Source of the DNA: Camelus ferus
Lineage: Eukaryota
Direction of reading: 5' to 3'
Assembly (NCBI RefSeq): GCF_009834535.1
Contig: NC_045697.1
Coordinates: 58,716,001-58,780,000 of the forward strand
DNA length: 64,000 nt
Every line of letters begins with the position of its first letter. The first letter of the stretch is position 1. Below are positions 53,601-64,000 of this stretch, in pieces. The notes beneath the pieces were generated by a model. It was given only the letters and a program-made list of their open reading frames with translations. It did no database searches and was not told the origin of the DNA. The position numbers and the translations under genes are program-made.

Positions 53601-54404
53601 TTTCTTTTAGGTATTAATAGTGCTGATAACAGGAGACACACACACAAAAAATACTGAAAGGCAGCTCATTCAGAAAGATGATGATTCTTGGAGAACTACA
53701 TTATCAAAACATTGTTTCCTTTTCATTTCTCCTTATATACTTTTGTACACAATTATTAAAAAATATTCTCTCCAAAGTAGACTCACAGGTATTTTACTAT
53801 AGGTATTTACTGTAATACAAATTTCATAACAATATTTATTTCAGGAAGCAATAGAATATGAAATGGAACAGAATTCTAAGAAGTACAAAATTGTCAAAAA
53901 TCATTTTAATATTTAAATTTTAAGTCAGACAGCAATTATCCTGTTTTATATATTCATCTGGAAATATTTAAAACTCACCTCATCAATAATAATGAAAAAG
54001 ACAACCAAAGTTACTATAATAATCATGTCATACTTGTATTCATACCTAAATTTGGGGGTACTAAGAGAAAGTTTAAACTTAGTTTTTCTCTTAATGAAAA
54101 AAGTCACATTCATTACAGTAATTTTCATTATCAGGGATATAAAAGAAACAGAAGTTTTTTTTTAATGTTTCAAATTTCTAAGTTAAATAATTACAAGGGT
54201 GCATATAACATGAGAAATTCAAAATTTTACCAAAAAAATAGTTACGTAGTCCTCTGTCATGTTTTCATTGTACATCACCAAAGAAAAAAGCCACATTCTT
54301 TTTAGCCCAAAATATCTCGAAGAAAGATTACTGAAGAAAATCCTAAGTATACAGAATTAGTACATTATTGAAAAGTACCCCTAGAAGAGCTTTTTGGTTA
54401 ACTG

Positions 54405-54900
54405 AATGTAGTCATTATCTAATATCCACCTAGCACCCACTCCTACAAGTGCATCTGGACATTCTTCTGTAGAATCATTTGCTCATATTCTCAATCTATT
54501 TGGGCATGTGAGCCAATGCCTGCCTAATGCATCTCTGTGGTCACAGTGATTCAATCAGGGATGGGCTTGCAATCCAACAGAAGTCTATAATATCCAAATT
54601 TGGAATTTCTGCTGAACACACTGGAAAAGAGATTGCTGGTAAACTCAAACTGAGATTGAAAGGTCAAGCACATAAGTCTGGTGCTGCTGGGAGTCAATAT
54701 GCTAATACCTAAAAATGAAGCTAACATAAAGGACAAGAGAAGTGGGAAAAGACAGATATCTGACTGCATCACTTGGGCACCTACATGAAGACAGAGCTAA
54801 AGTCAATTAAACCTGGGGCTTTCGGATAAAAGACTAAATTCCTTCTCTGTAAGTCATTTTAAGTTACGCTTGAGCTCCTTGCAATTCAGAGTTGCTGAGT
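54405..54900 (+). mobile_element. Old MaLR LTR (MLT1K-like)
   Basis: ggtcacagtgattcaatcagggatgggc...aatgaagctaaca...taaattcctt...cttgcaattcagag. Confidence 0.6.
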
Positions 54901-55279
54901 TTTCTTCAGCCTGACTACATCTTGTCTAGTGCATATAACGCATGTGCTTATTTATATTATCTGTGACTCTCTCTTTGGATTGTGAACAACATCATTCACT
55001 TTTATCATTAATACTTTTTTTGTGCACAGTAAGTGCTAAGTAATTGATTAATGCATTAATGAATTATTCTATTGGCTACCATTATATAAAAATGCTCTTA
55101 GAAGAATAAACGGGTGATTATAATTATGACAGAAATATAAATAAGTCAGGGAAACATAAAAAGAGATAATCTTAGAAGAACTTACAGGTTCTATATCCAA
55201 ACACTTTTCTACATAATGATTTTTACTATCCTATAATATGGTGATGACCTATTTATGATATATATGTATGTATTTCTTT

Positions 55280-55462
55280 GAGAAATCAGCAAAAGTTTTC
55301 TTTAAAGGTCAGATAGTAAAAATTTTAGGCCCTTTCAGACTCTGTCACAACTATTCAACTCTGTCATTGTAGCAAGAAAATTTCCAGTAACAATAAACAA
55401 ATAAATAAGCTGTGTTACAACAGGCATAGTTTGGAATGAAGGCCACTGCTTGCTCTCCCTTG
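55280..55462. mobile_element. MER58A (hAT-Charlie) DNA transposon
   Basis: tcagcaaaagttttctttaaaggtcagatagtaaaaattttagg...ctctgtcacaactattcaactctgtcattgtagc. Confidence 0.8.
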
Positions 55463-56926
55463 CTTTATTCAAGCAATCAATCCGAAGAACCCTCTATTTT
55501 GATTTCAACAATAGTAGCTATCTTTAACTTTCAGACTGGGTAAAAAACAAAATGAAAAATAATTATTAAAATCCTATGCATTCTGTGATTAACTAATAGT
55601 AAAAGTTCCCCCAATTTAAAATAATACAGCATTGCATTCCACGCATATGTTGGTATCTAAAACAAAACTAAGCAAAATTAATAACAACAAAAAGCAAAAT
55701 CACCACCACCACCAAGAAAAACATTCCAATATTCTGCAATATTCTGATGACATTATCTCTACTAAGGCTATCCCTTAGATGCTTGGCAAAACATAGAGAA
55801 TAAATTATGTTTTGTCCTATACATTTCCCAGTTCTGTTAGAGTATTAAATTCCTTCTTAATGAGCATATACAAATGTTGTCAGAAAGTCTGAGAAGTAAT
55901 AATTAATTACCTCTTCTTCTTTGACTTAAATGTTTTCATTTTTAATAAAATTTTTATTTTTAAAACATTATTAAAATTATCTTAAAAGTAATTTATTTTA
56001 AAAACATTAATTAATAAATGGTTTAAGCATTACCCCCCAAAATAGTAGTCTCTCTATGAATAATTTTCATCCCAAATCTTAAAAGCATTACCATTTAAAT
56101 ATATCTTCAAAACTGCAGCTGCTGGATAAAGCTATAGTATACTAGCAATGCTCTCATATAGCAATTAATGACACTGAAATGTTAATAATTTAGTTATTTT
56201 TTAACTGATTTAATAAAGAATATCATATATTTAGTGATATTTTAGTGATTTAGGAAACAGTAAAAAGGATTTAAGTAATTGGTGCACATGTATCAGTTTG
56301 TTTATCAGTTTTCATCATCCCATTTGTGTTGTTTGGGGATTGCAATTACCCTTGCAATATGATCCCCCAGAAGAATTATTTTTACTTTCTAATGGACTGT
56401 TAATAATGATTTGCTAAGATTTCTAACCTCATTCTCATATGGAAAGTGCCTCCATAAGTTAAAACCTTTCCTCCCAACATTTTAAAACAACCAAATTAGT
56501 AAGAAAAAAAAAAATTTTGTTTGAGAATCACAATGATTGAGGTTGATTATATTATTTAAATCTTTGTCCTTTTGTTGATCCCTGGCTGTATTTTTCTATT
56601 ATGCCTTTTTGTTTTCCCTAAGCAACCAAACATATTTTAAAAATACCTTTCTTAAAATTATTTATCATTCAGTGTCCAGAGTAAGCATAGATTTTTACCA
56701 ACTCACTACCACTTCATATATAAATATATAGGGTCCAAATTAATTTTCACATTTTATTTTATTTTAATTATTTTATGTACTATGGTTAAGGTGAAGTATG
56801 ATCTCCATCATGACCTTGTATTTAAAAAGTCAAGTTGTCTTCTTCAATTGATAAGTATCCAGGTCAAATTAATACCATTTATTCATTTAGTTCACTTGGT
56901 GGTCAGCTTTATGACCAAAAAAATTC

Positions 56927-56982
56927 CAAAACAACAAAACAAAACAAAACAAAACAACAACAACAACAACAACAACAAAAAA
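56927..56982. repeat. Compound (AAAAC)n(AAC)n microsatellite
   Basis: aaaacaacaaaacaaaacaaaacaaaacaacaacaacaacaacaacaacaaaa. Confidence 0.9.
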
Positions 56983-58744
56983 CCCACAGAAAACATATTA
57001 AAATGAAAATACCAAAACATTACAAAAACATGAAAGCCAGTAGTCATACCTCTTAAAATAAACATTGTGGTATAAACATTAAAATTGGAACTTACTATTT
57101 AAGTTTTAGGAATATATCATTACAAAAAATATAAAATGGAGTAACTTCAGCCAAGATTAAGAGTGCTGATAATATCGTTGCATACTGAACCTGGTCAAAT
57201 TTTGGAAGCCTTATAATACACTTTCATTCAATAAACTTTTTTCTAATGTTACTGAGTACATGTTACCCATAGTTACAACTTACTTCTTAAAAAGTAATAA
57301 GTATTTTGAGATAGAATCAGTCTAATTTTGATTATAGTTTATAAAATGGCATTTTATTTTATTGATATACTCCTTGATAAATTTTCATTGTATATCCAGG
57401 TAACATAAGAAGTCATATGAATAATTTACTATTGTTCAAGACAAAGTAATAAAAGTATTTCCCTTGTTAGATTTAAATTGCTTCTCTACTTTCACACTGT
57501 TAGCTAGTTACAATATATAAGTTGTTATTGTTAACTGGATACAGTACTCTTCAAAAAGAGCAGATAAGATACCTTACAATAGCTGCAGCTCCAACTCCAA
57601 CTCCAACTGCCCATTCTGAAAAAGGTCACAGTGAAGCTTAAACAAGTTTAGATCAGTAAATCTTTGTCATCTTTACTGGAACAAGAATCACAATTCCCTC
57701 CTAAAATATGAAAGATCACTGTAAGAGGAAAGTAAACTGAGTGTGGACTCAAGTCCACAGAGCAGTATCTTCTGAAGATACTAACTAGAAAGTGCTTGGT
57801 TCTGGTTCTAATTTTGCTATTGACAGGTCAAAGAACATTGGAATTGATACACTAATTTTCTTATCTGTAAAATAGGAATTGGACTCTCTAAAACTTTTAT
57901 TTGAAACAACAAAGGATGTAAAATAATAAGATAACCAATCACTGAGGTTAGCCCAAAAGGCATTCTGTGTTTTGCTAAGTGCTTTAAAAAAAAACGATAA
58001 ATCATCCAAATAAAGAGATGTGACAAAAGGTTAAACCCTTGCACAAAATATATGAATAACCTGTAGATCTAGCAAAAGAAATAAAGGCTCTCTAAAAAAT
58101 AAAGGATAATATAAAAAGACAAAGCAAAGTTCAACCTATAAATGTACTAACAAATGAAGGCATACAAATAAAAGATAAGCATATCAGAGAATAAAAATAG
58201 ACCCAAAGCCTTAAAAATTTGGCAAATTTAGATGTTGCTGCTATTAAGGATGAATTAATTACATACCTTCATCTTATTAATAAAATACCAAATACTAGAG
58301 GGATATATATCTTATAATCATATTATCATAAATTTTTTTGAGTTTGACTTTTTCATTAATTAGTAAATAATATTATACTTCCATATATAGCTATTAAAAA
58401 GAATGAGATAGCAGTATATTTACTAGCATTCATTTCCAAAATATATTTTAACTACAAATATCTATTTCAACTGCTCTATATGTACAGCAATAAATACAGT
58501 AAGATCCCACTTTCTTATATAGTTACTATATGCAGCAATAAAATTGTTAAAAGTGGTTACTTTAAAGGGCTATGATGTGGTTTTGTTAGAAAACATTATT
58601 CCTATAATTTAAAGAACTCAAAAGGGAGAAAGATAGTATATAGAATACAGGGAAGGAATGACTGAAGTCATAGGAAACTGTGTTCTTATTACATCCCTAG
58701 TACTTTTTAGGTGTAAAATTATTTTTGAAAATTACCACATCCAA

Positions 58745-58880
58745 TAGGCCTTGATTTCCTCATCAATAAAACTGAAACAGTATCTAAATGTCTGAATTAG
58801 ATGAGAAGTAATTGAAATGATACGTTAGGTACTTCACAGTGCCTGGCACATAGCAGCTACTAAATAAATGTCAGTTTGTT
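58745..58880 (+). mobile_element. MIR 3' portion
   Basis: gccttgatttcctcatcaataaaactg...cacagtgcctggcacatagcagctactaaataaatgtcag. Confidence 0.75.
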
Positions 58881-59289
58881 CATTTTCCTCCCTTGTTCAT
58901 TAATAAAAGGCAATGATGTTTCATATTCTAGACTATTCTTTCTCCTCTCATTAGAGAATAGAAACGTGGCATAATAGACATGTAGCTTCACAGACTTAAA
59001 AGAGGATTACTCAGCATGGAAGGACTTTTTTAAACTCCCCCCTCCCCAAAAAAAAGAAGAGGAAAAGAAAAGAAGAAAAAACCCTAAATCCTCCTAATAC
59101 AAATGATATCTGTGAGCAATAGGAATGACAATGGAGACAAATCTTTAACTTGGATAGCTTAGTGACCTAGAAAGAAATGCATCTCATTTCAACATTGCAG
59201 AACAGAAACTCACTCATTAAGAGCTGTCTTCAACTTAAAAATACATTCAGATTTCATTCCCCAATTTTTAAAAGCAACACACTGAAACC

Positions 59290-60600
59290 CTAGATTAAAA
59301 ACTTCTGCTCTGTGAAAAACAACATCAATAGAAGGAAAAGATAGTCCACGGACTGGGAAAAAATACTTACAAAGGAAACATCTGATACAGGACTGTTATC
59401 CCAAATATAAAATAACTCTTAAAAATAATACAATTTAAAAAAGAGCCAAAGACCTTAACAGACATCTCATTAAAGAAGATACACAGATGGCAAATAAGCA
59501 TATGAAAAGATGCTTTACATCACTTTATTAGAGAAATGAAAAATAAAACTAGATACTACCATATACACACTGGAATGACCAAAAACCAGAACACATGCAT
59601 CACTAAATGCTGGTGAAAATTTGAACAACAGGAACTCTCATACACTGCTGGGAGGAATGTAAAATGGACAAGCACTTTGGAAGACAGTTTGGCAGTTTCT
59701 TACAAAACTCAACATAATCTTAACAGGATCTAGCAATGGTATTCCTTGATGTTTATCAAAAGGAGTTGAAAACTCATGTCCACACAAAAAGCTGCACACG
59801 GATGTTTAGAGCAGCTTTATTCATAATTGCCAAGACTTAGAAGCAACTAAGATGGCCTTCAGTAGGTGAATGCATCCAGACAATGGATGTTATTCAGCTC
59901 TGACAAGAAATGAGCTATTAAGCCTTAAAAGCATATTATGTCACGAAGTCAAATAAGTGAATCTAAAAAGGCTATATACTCTATGGTTCCAACAATATGA
60001 CATTCTGTAAAAGGTAAAACTATAAAGACAACAGAAAAGATGAGTGGTTGTGTGGGTGTTGGTGGGGGCTGGGTATGAACAGGCTACAGAGGATTTTCAG
60101 GGCAGTGAAAATATTCTGTATATTTTACTGATGGATATATGTCACTATAATTTTACCCAAACTCAGAAAGTGTTAACACCAAAAACTAACTCTAAAACAC
60201 ATTATGGACTTCGGGTATTTATGATGTGTCAATGTAAGTTCATGCTTGATTAAAAAATGTATCATTCTGGTGAATGATATTGATAATGGGGGAGGCTGTG
60301 TATGTGGGGAAGTAGGAGCTATAGGGGAAATCTCTATACCTTCCTCTCAAGCTTGTTAACCTAAAACTGTTTTAGGAGGGAGGTTATAGCTCACGTGGTA
60401 GAGCACATGCTTAGCATGCACGAGTTCCTGGGTTCAATCCCCAGTACCTCCTCTTACATAAATAAATAAACCTAATTACTCCCCCCAATTTTTTAAAAAA
60501 AAATTTTAAAAAAAGAGAAATAAATAGAAGGGGTGGGCAGAATACAAGACACACACACACACACACACACAAACTGCTTTAAAAATTAAATTCTAAAGAA
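59290..60600 (+). mobile_element. L1MC1-like LINE (ORF2 C-terminal remnant plus 3' UTR), interrupted near its end by a SINE
   Basis: attaaaaacttctgctctgtgaaa...gaagatacacagatggcaaataagcatatgaaaagatgc...gataatgggggaggctgtgtatgtgggg...aacctaaaactg. Confidence 0.88.
60375..60570 (+). mobile_element. tRNA-Ala(AGC)-derived SINE of camelid (Vic-1-like) type
   Basis: ggaggttatagctcacgtggtagagcacatgcttagcatgcacgagttcctgggttcaatccccagtacctcc carries A/B boxes and a TTAGCAT loop, then an aataaataaacctaattac tail. TSD aaactgtttta (60364-74) / aaactgcttta (60571-81). Confidence 0.85.
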
Positions 60601-60869
60601 AAATCTTTGAAAGATGTATCAATTAATACATAACACTGGACATTTGAAAATTAAACAGAAGCCTATTTTGTCAAATGCTAGTTAATTCACAAAGGAAAAC
60701 AAGCTTATCCTAGAAAAATAAAGCACTTTTGTTTCTTTAAAAATTAAGCCCATCCAAGCAAAACTCAAGCATAACAATGAGACCCACTGATCTGTAAAGA
60801 ATGACTTAAAAAATAGTCTCTTTTTCAAAGTACTGACTGGTAGAAATCAATCCTTTTTTTTAGTAAAAA

Positions 60870-61110
60870 AGTATTACAAATAAAAACTACCTAATGAGTG
60901 TCTATCATGTGTCAAGTCCTGACAAGGATCACTAGAACTGATAGATAAATTAATGAAAAGCAGTTTCACATGCATGGAGTTAGTCACACACATGGAGTCA
61001 GTCCACTGAGAGGAGATGGATATGATCTAAAAAATCAAAAAGTATGATGAAGACGTATCATTATAAGGTTGCATGGAGGATAGAGTGAGCAGGGATTTGC
61101 TCACAAAAAG
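60870..61110 (-). mobile_element. L2 fragment
   Basis: taatgagtgtctatcatgtgtcaagtcctg...catggagtt. Confidence 0.5.
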
Positions 61111-62744
61111 CCCACAAAATCAGCCTGTGAACCCTAAAAAGGCAATTACAGCTAACTATGTAACAGCTGAGGGGCACCTTTAACCTTCTTAGTTTTCACC
61201 CTGCAGAGGGCAAAAGTATCCTCCAGTGGATGTTGTCAGAGGCAGAACAATCTGTTAGGTAACTTACTTTGAAACGATGATATTTGTTAAAAACATGGTA
61301 TTGTACTTAATTACTACTTTTCTTGTTTTCTTTTTTTCCCCACTCAAAATGAAGATTTATTCAATTATTTCCTCTTGCCATATTCTGCTTTCTGAACAGA
61401 TTTAGTTGGTGGCAGCAGCATGATCCTACCTGATTATTTTATCACAGCAGTTTAAATGATTCTAAGCAGTCAGTTGGCTGGAAGTAAAAAGAGGTGTTAA
61501 CTATTCTGACCACTTCTTGCTCAGGGAGGTAAGGATATCATTATACTCTAAACCGTTCTCTAGATTCCACCTGTCAGCAGGAAAGTCAGAAGTAATTTAT
61601 TCAGAAAATTCCATTTTCCTTTAATGAGTGTTAGTATTGGTTAGCCTCTATGAAATAGAGATGGTCTCAATCATTTTTCCATGTAATCTGTAACATGAAA
61701 GACTAAGTAAAAATCTAGATAGATACTAACATTATTTGAAAAGATGGTCAATATTAATTAGAACTTAATAGGGGCTCTATGATTGAAGTTTAAAAATTAT
61801 GGTTATGAAAACATAATTCTGAATGAGAAATATGTGGACTCATTTTCTTTAATTTAACCCACTACTGAGATTACAATTTTAAAATCCTTTTTAATGAGAT
61901 TTTATGACCTCTCTGCTACTTCAGTTTATACTTGCTTCAGTAGAGTCTTCAGCAGGATATTATACTTTATTAATTGAGTAAAATAAATCCCCCTAATGAA
62001 TTAGTCCTATTTCATATGATAAACCTACTTTCCAGAGAGATTCTAATTTATATTCACCCTTTCCTATTTTGAGTTGCAAATATAACTCTTGAAATGTCCT
62101 TTCTAAGATCTCACAAGTGTATAAACTTTGACAACCAATTTCAGAACACAGAAGTAATGTTTAATTCTATTTTTGGAGATATATTATCTAATTAAAAAAT
62201 TGTGTATATGATTTTATTTATTAAGATACTGCATTATTCACATACTACATTAAACACTATTCCAAAGTCTTATCTTCCCCTTAAGAAGTTGAAAAAACCT
62301 AACACCTCAACAATCTAAGGCTTTTCAATAATCATCACACGTCTAACAGCCTTGGGGAGGTAGGGAAAGAAGGACACAGAAAAATATGGTTAAAACAAAT
62401 GGGTTTTCTACTTTAGAGTTCAAAGACATCTTGAGTTGGCATTTCTTCTACTTCTAAATCTATTATATGCACAAAGGAAATAATCTCACTCTTATCATTG
62501 ATGTTCTGGCTGCTTTCAGTAACCAGATTTCATTCAGGGACATGGAAGTAAAATACGACTGGCTTAGGACATAAGGTCAATTCAACAAACCACCAAGCCT
62601 TATGCCACCTAATGCCCAGAGAGAACTACTTCACATAAATGAGTCGTGAGCAAGCTGGTTAAGTGAAGGGGATGGCGTGAGGTGGGGGAATTAAATTTGC
62701 CTACACATCTACTTTCAGTAGAAGAAATTCACTGAAATGACCCA

Positions 62745-62895
62745 GAGTCAAAGTGTTGTCATTTAAGATCTGTCTTGGCCACTGATCACCTCTGTGATTC
62801 TGGATAAATAAACCTGAGTGACATTATCCTCTCTATAAAGTAGGGATAATCATACTGAGCCTGTTCAATTCAGAGTAATTTAGAAGCCTGAATAA
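62745..62895 (+). mobile_element. MIR SINE
   Basis: ccactgatcacctctgtgattctggataa...tcctctctataaagtagggataat. Confidence 0.6.
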
Positions 62896-63239
62896 AAACT
62901 ATGTACGTAGACTACTTTGTAAACTGAGACTCAGTATAAACGTTAATATTAAACAGTTGTGGTAGTAGTATACTAGTAGATTAAAACATAGTATACTTTG
63001 GTCACTAAATATAGACAAACTCAAATTTGAAAAAATTGCACACCAGTACATGTGTTTCTTAGTCCAATTTTTCCAAGTTACACACATAAAATGACCCTAA
63101 ATGTGTTTCAGTCAATTTTGTGAAGCACAGGTAATTCCCATTACCACTTACTTCATATGCCTTTCCCTCTGGATCCCCACTCTGCTGGCACATACACAAA
63201 AAACTACTCATTTGATTTCTATTACCAAGAAATTAAACA

Positions 63240-63795
63240 GTATATACTTTGTGGTGCCTAGTTTCTCCTTCACTCAGCTATGTTTTTGAGAGTTTTCCTT
63301 TTTGTGGCAGGCATTAGTGCTTTGTTCTTTTTCATTGGTGAGTAATTTCATACTGTAGCAATACACCACAGTTTGCTTATCTACTCTCCTATGGATGAAC
63401 ATCTAGGCTATTTCCTGGTTTGGGCTAATATCAATAAACCTAGTATCAATATCCTTGTACAAGTATTTTTGTGGATGTATTTTTTCATTTCTCATAGATA
63501 AATATTTAGTATTGGAATGAGTCATAAAACTGATGTATGTTAATTTTTATGAGAAACTGACAAACAGTTATTATCTAATCTGACAATTTCTGCCTTCTAA
63601 TTGGAGTGTCTGGTCCATTTATATTCAAGCAATTATTGCAATGTGTGGATTTAATTCTACTGTCCAGGTGCTTCATTTTGTTTCATCCAGTCTGTATTTA
63701 GTTTCTTTCTTCCTTCTTTCTGCCTTGTTTTGGGCATGAGTTAACCTCGTATTTTTGGTATTCCTTTTTATCTTCCCTACCGACTTTTTATTTAT
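63240..63795 (-). mobile_element. Ancient L1M fragments
   Basis: cacagtttgcttatctactctcctatggatgaacatctagg...tttgggctaat and ctgacaatttctgccttctaattggagtg...ccatttatatt. Confidence 0.75.
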
Positions 63796-63798
63796 GTC

Positions 63799-64000
63799 TG
63801 CATTAATTTGCAAGGGCTGCTGTAACAAAGTACCACAAATTGGATGGCTTAACAACAGAAGTTAATCGTCTCAGTTTTAGAAGCTAAAAGTTTGAGATCA
63901 AGATGTCAGCAGGGTTGGTTCCTTCTGGGAGCTACGAAGGAGAAATCTGTTCTATGTCTTTCTCCAGCCTTCTGGTGGTTTGCTGGCAATTTTTGATGTC
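63799..64000 (-). mobile_element. MaLR LTR, MLT1C-like, truncated by the window edge
   Basis: agggctgctgtaacaaagtaccacaaattggatggcttaacaacagaa...tcagcagggttggttccttctg. Confidence 0.85.

Larger units (their letters stand above)
36057..64000 (-). other. ADGRL3: ADGRL3 intron upstream of the lectin exon (phase 2), continuing beyond the window end
   Basis: Ends at the AG acceptor at 36058-36057. I saw no preceding lectin-domain exon in the window. Confidence 0.8.

Noticed and set aside
56782..57056. ORFs with poly-N / poly-Q runs
   Set aside because: These are translations of the (AAC)n microsatellite.
60375..60452. Possible functional tRNA-Ala(AGC) gene
   Set aside because: Flanked by a TSD, followed by a SINE-type tail, inserted in an L1, and has stem mismatches. 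Better explained as a SINE head.
1..64000. CRISPR array, operon, intact retroelement ORFs, processed pseudogene or a novel multi-gene system
   Set aside because: I saw no regularly spaced repeat-spacer array, no long ORFs and no recognisable retrocopy. The content is explained by a mammalian intron with degraded TEs. A weak or short signal could escape manual reading.

Overview
AT-rich mammalian genomic DNA, almost entirely intronic. The only coding sequence I can support is one 110-nt minus-strand exon (35947-36056). It encodes (R)[36 protein letters not shown], the C-terminal half of the rhamnose-binding-lectin (SUEL/RBL) domain of latrophilin-3 (ADGRL3/LPHN3), so the window lies inside the two long introns flanking this exon. 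The rest is typical eutherian interspersed repeat (MIR, L2, L3/CR1, L1M, MLT1 MaLR LTRs, MER34-like and LTR16-like LTRs, MER44, MER58A). Cetartiodactyl-type L1 3' ends and one tRNA-Ala-derived SINE point to a camelid genome. Repeat family names come from recalled consensus sequences, not from a search, and most boundaries are approximate. The ORFs in the supplied track look spurious. I found no convincing novel multi-gene system. The leads are modest: candidate cryptic or poison exons that could truncate ADGRL3 around the lectin domain, a 20-bp inverted repeat, nested transposon insertions, and a SINE with an extra 3' segment.
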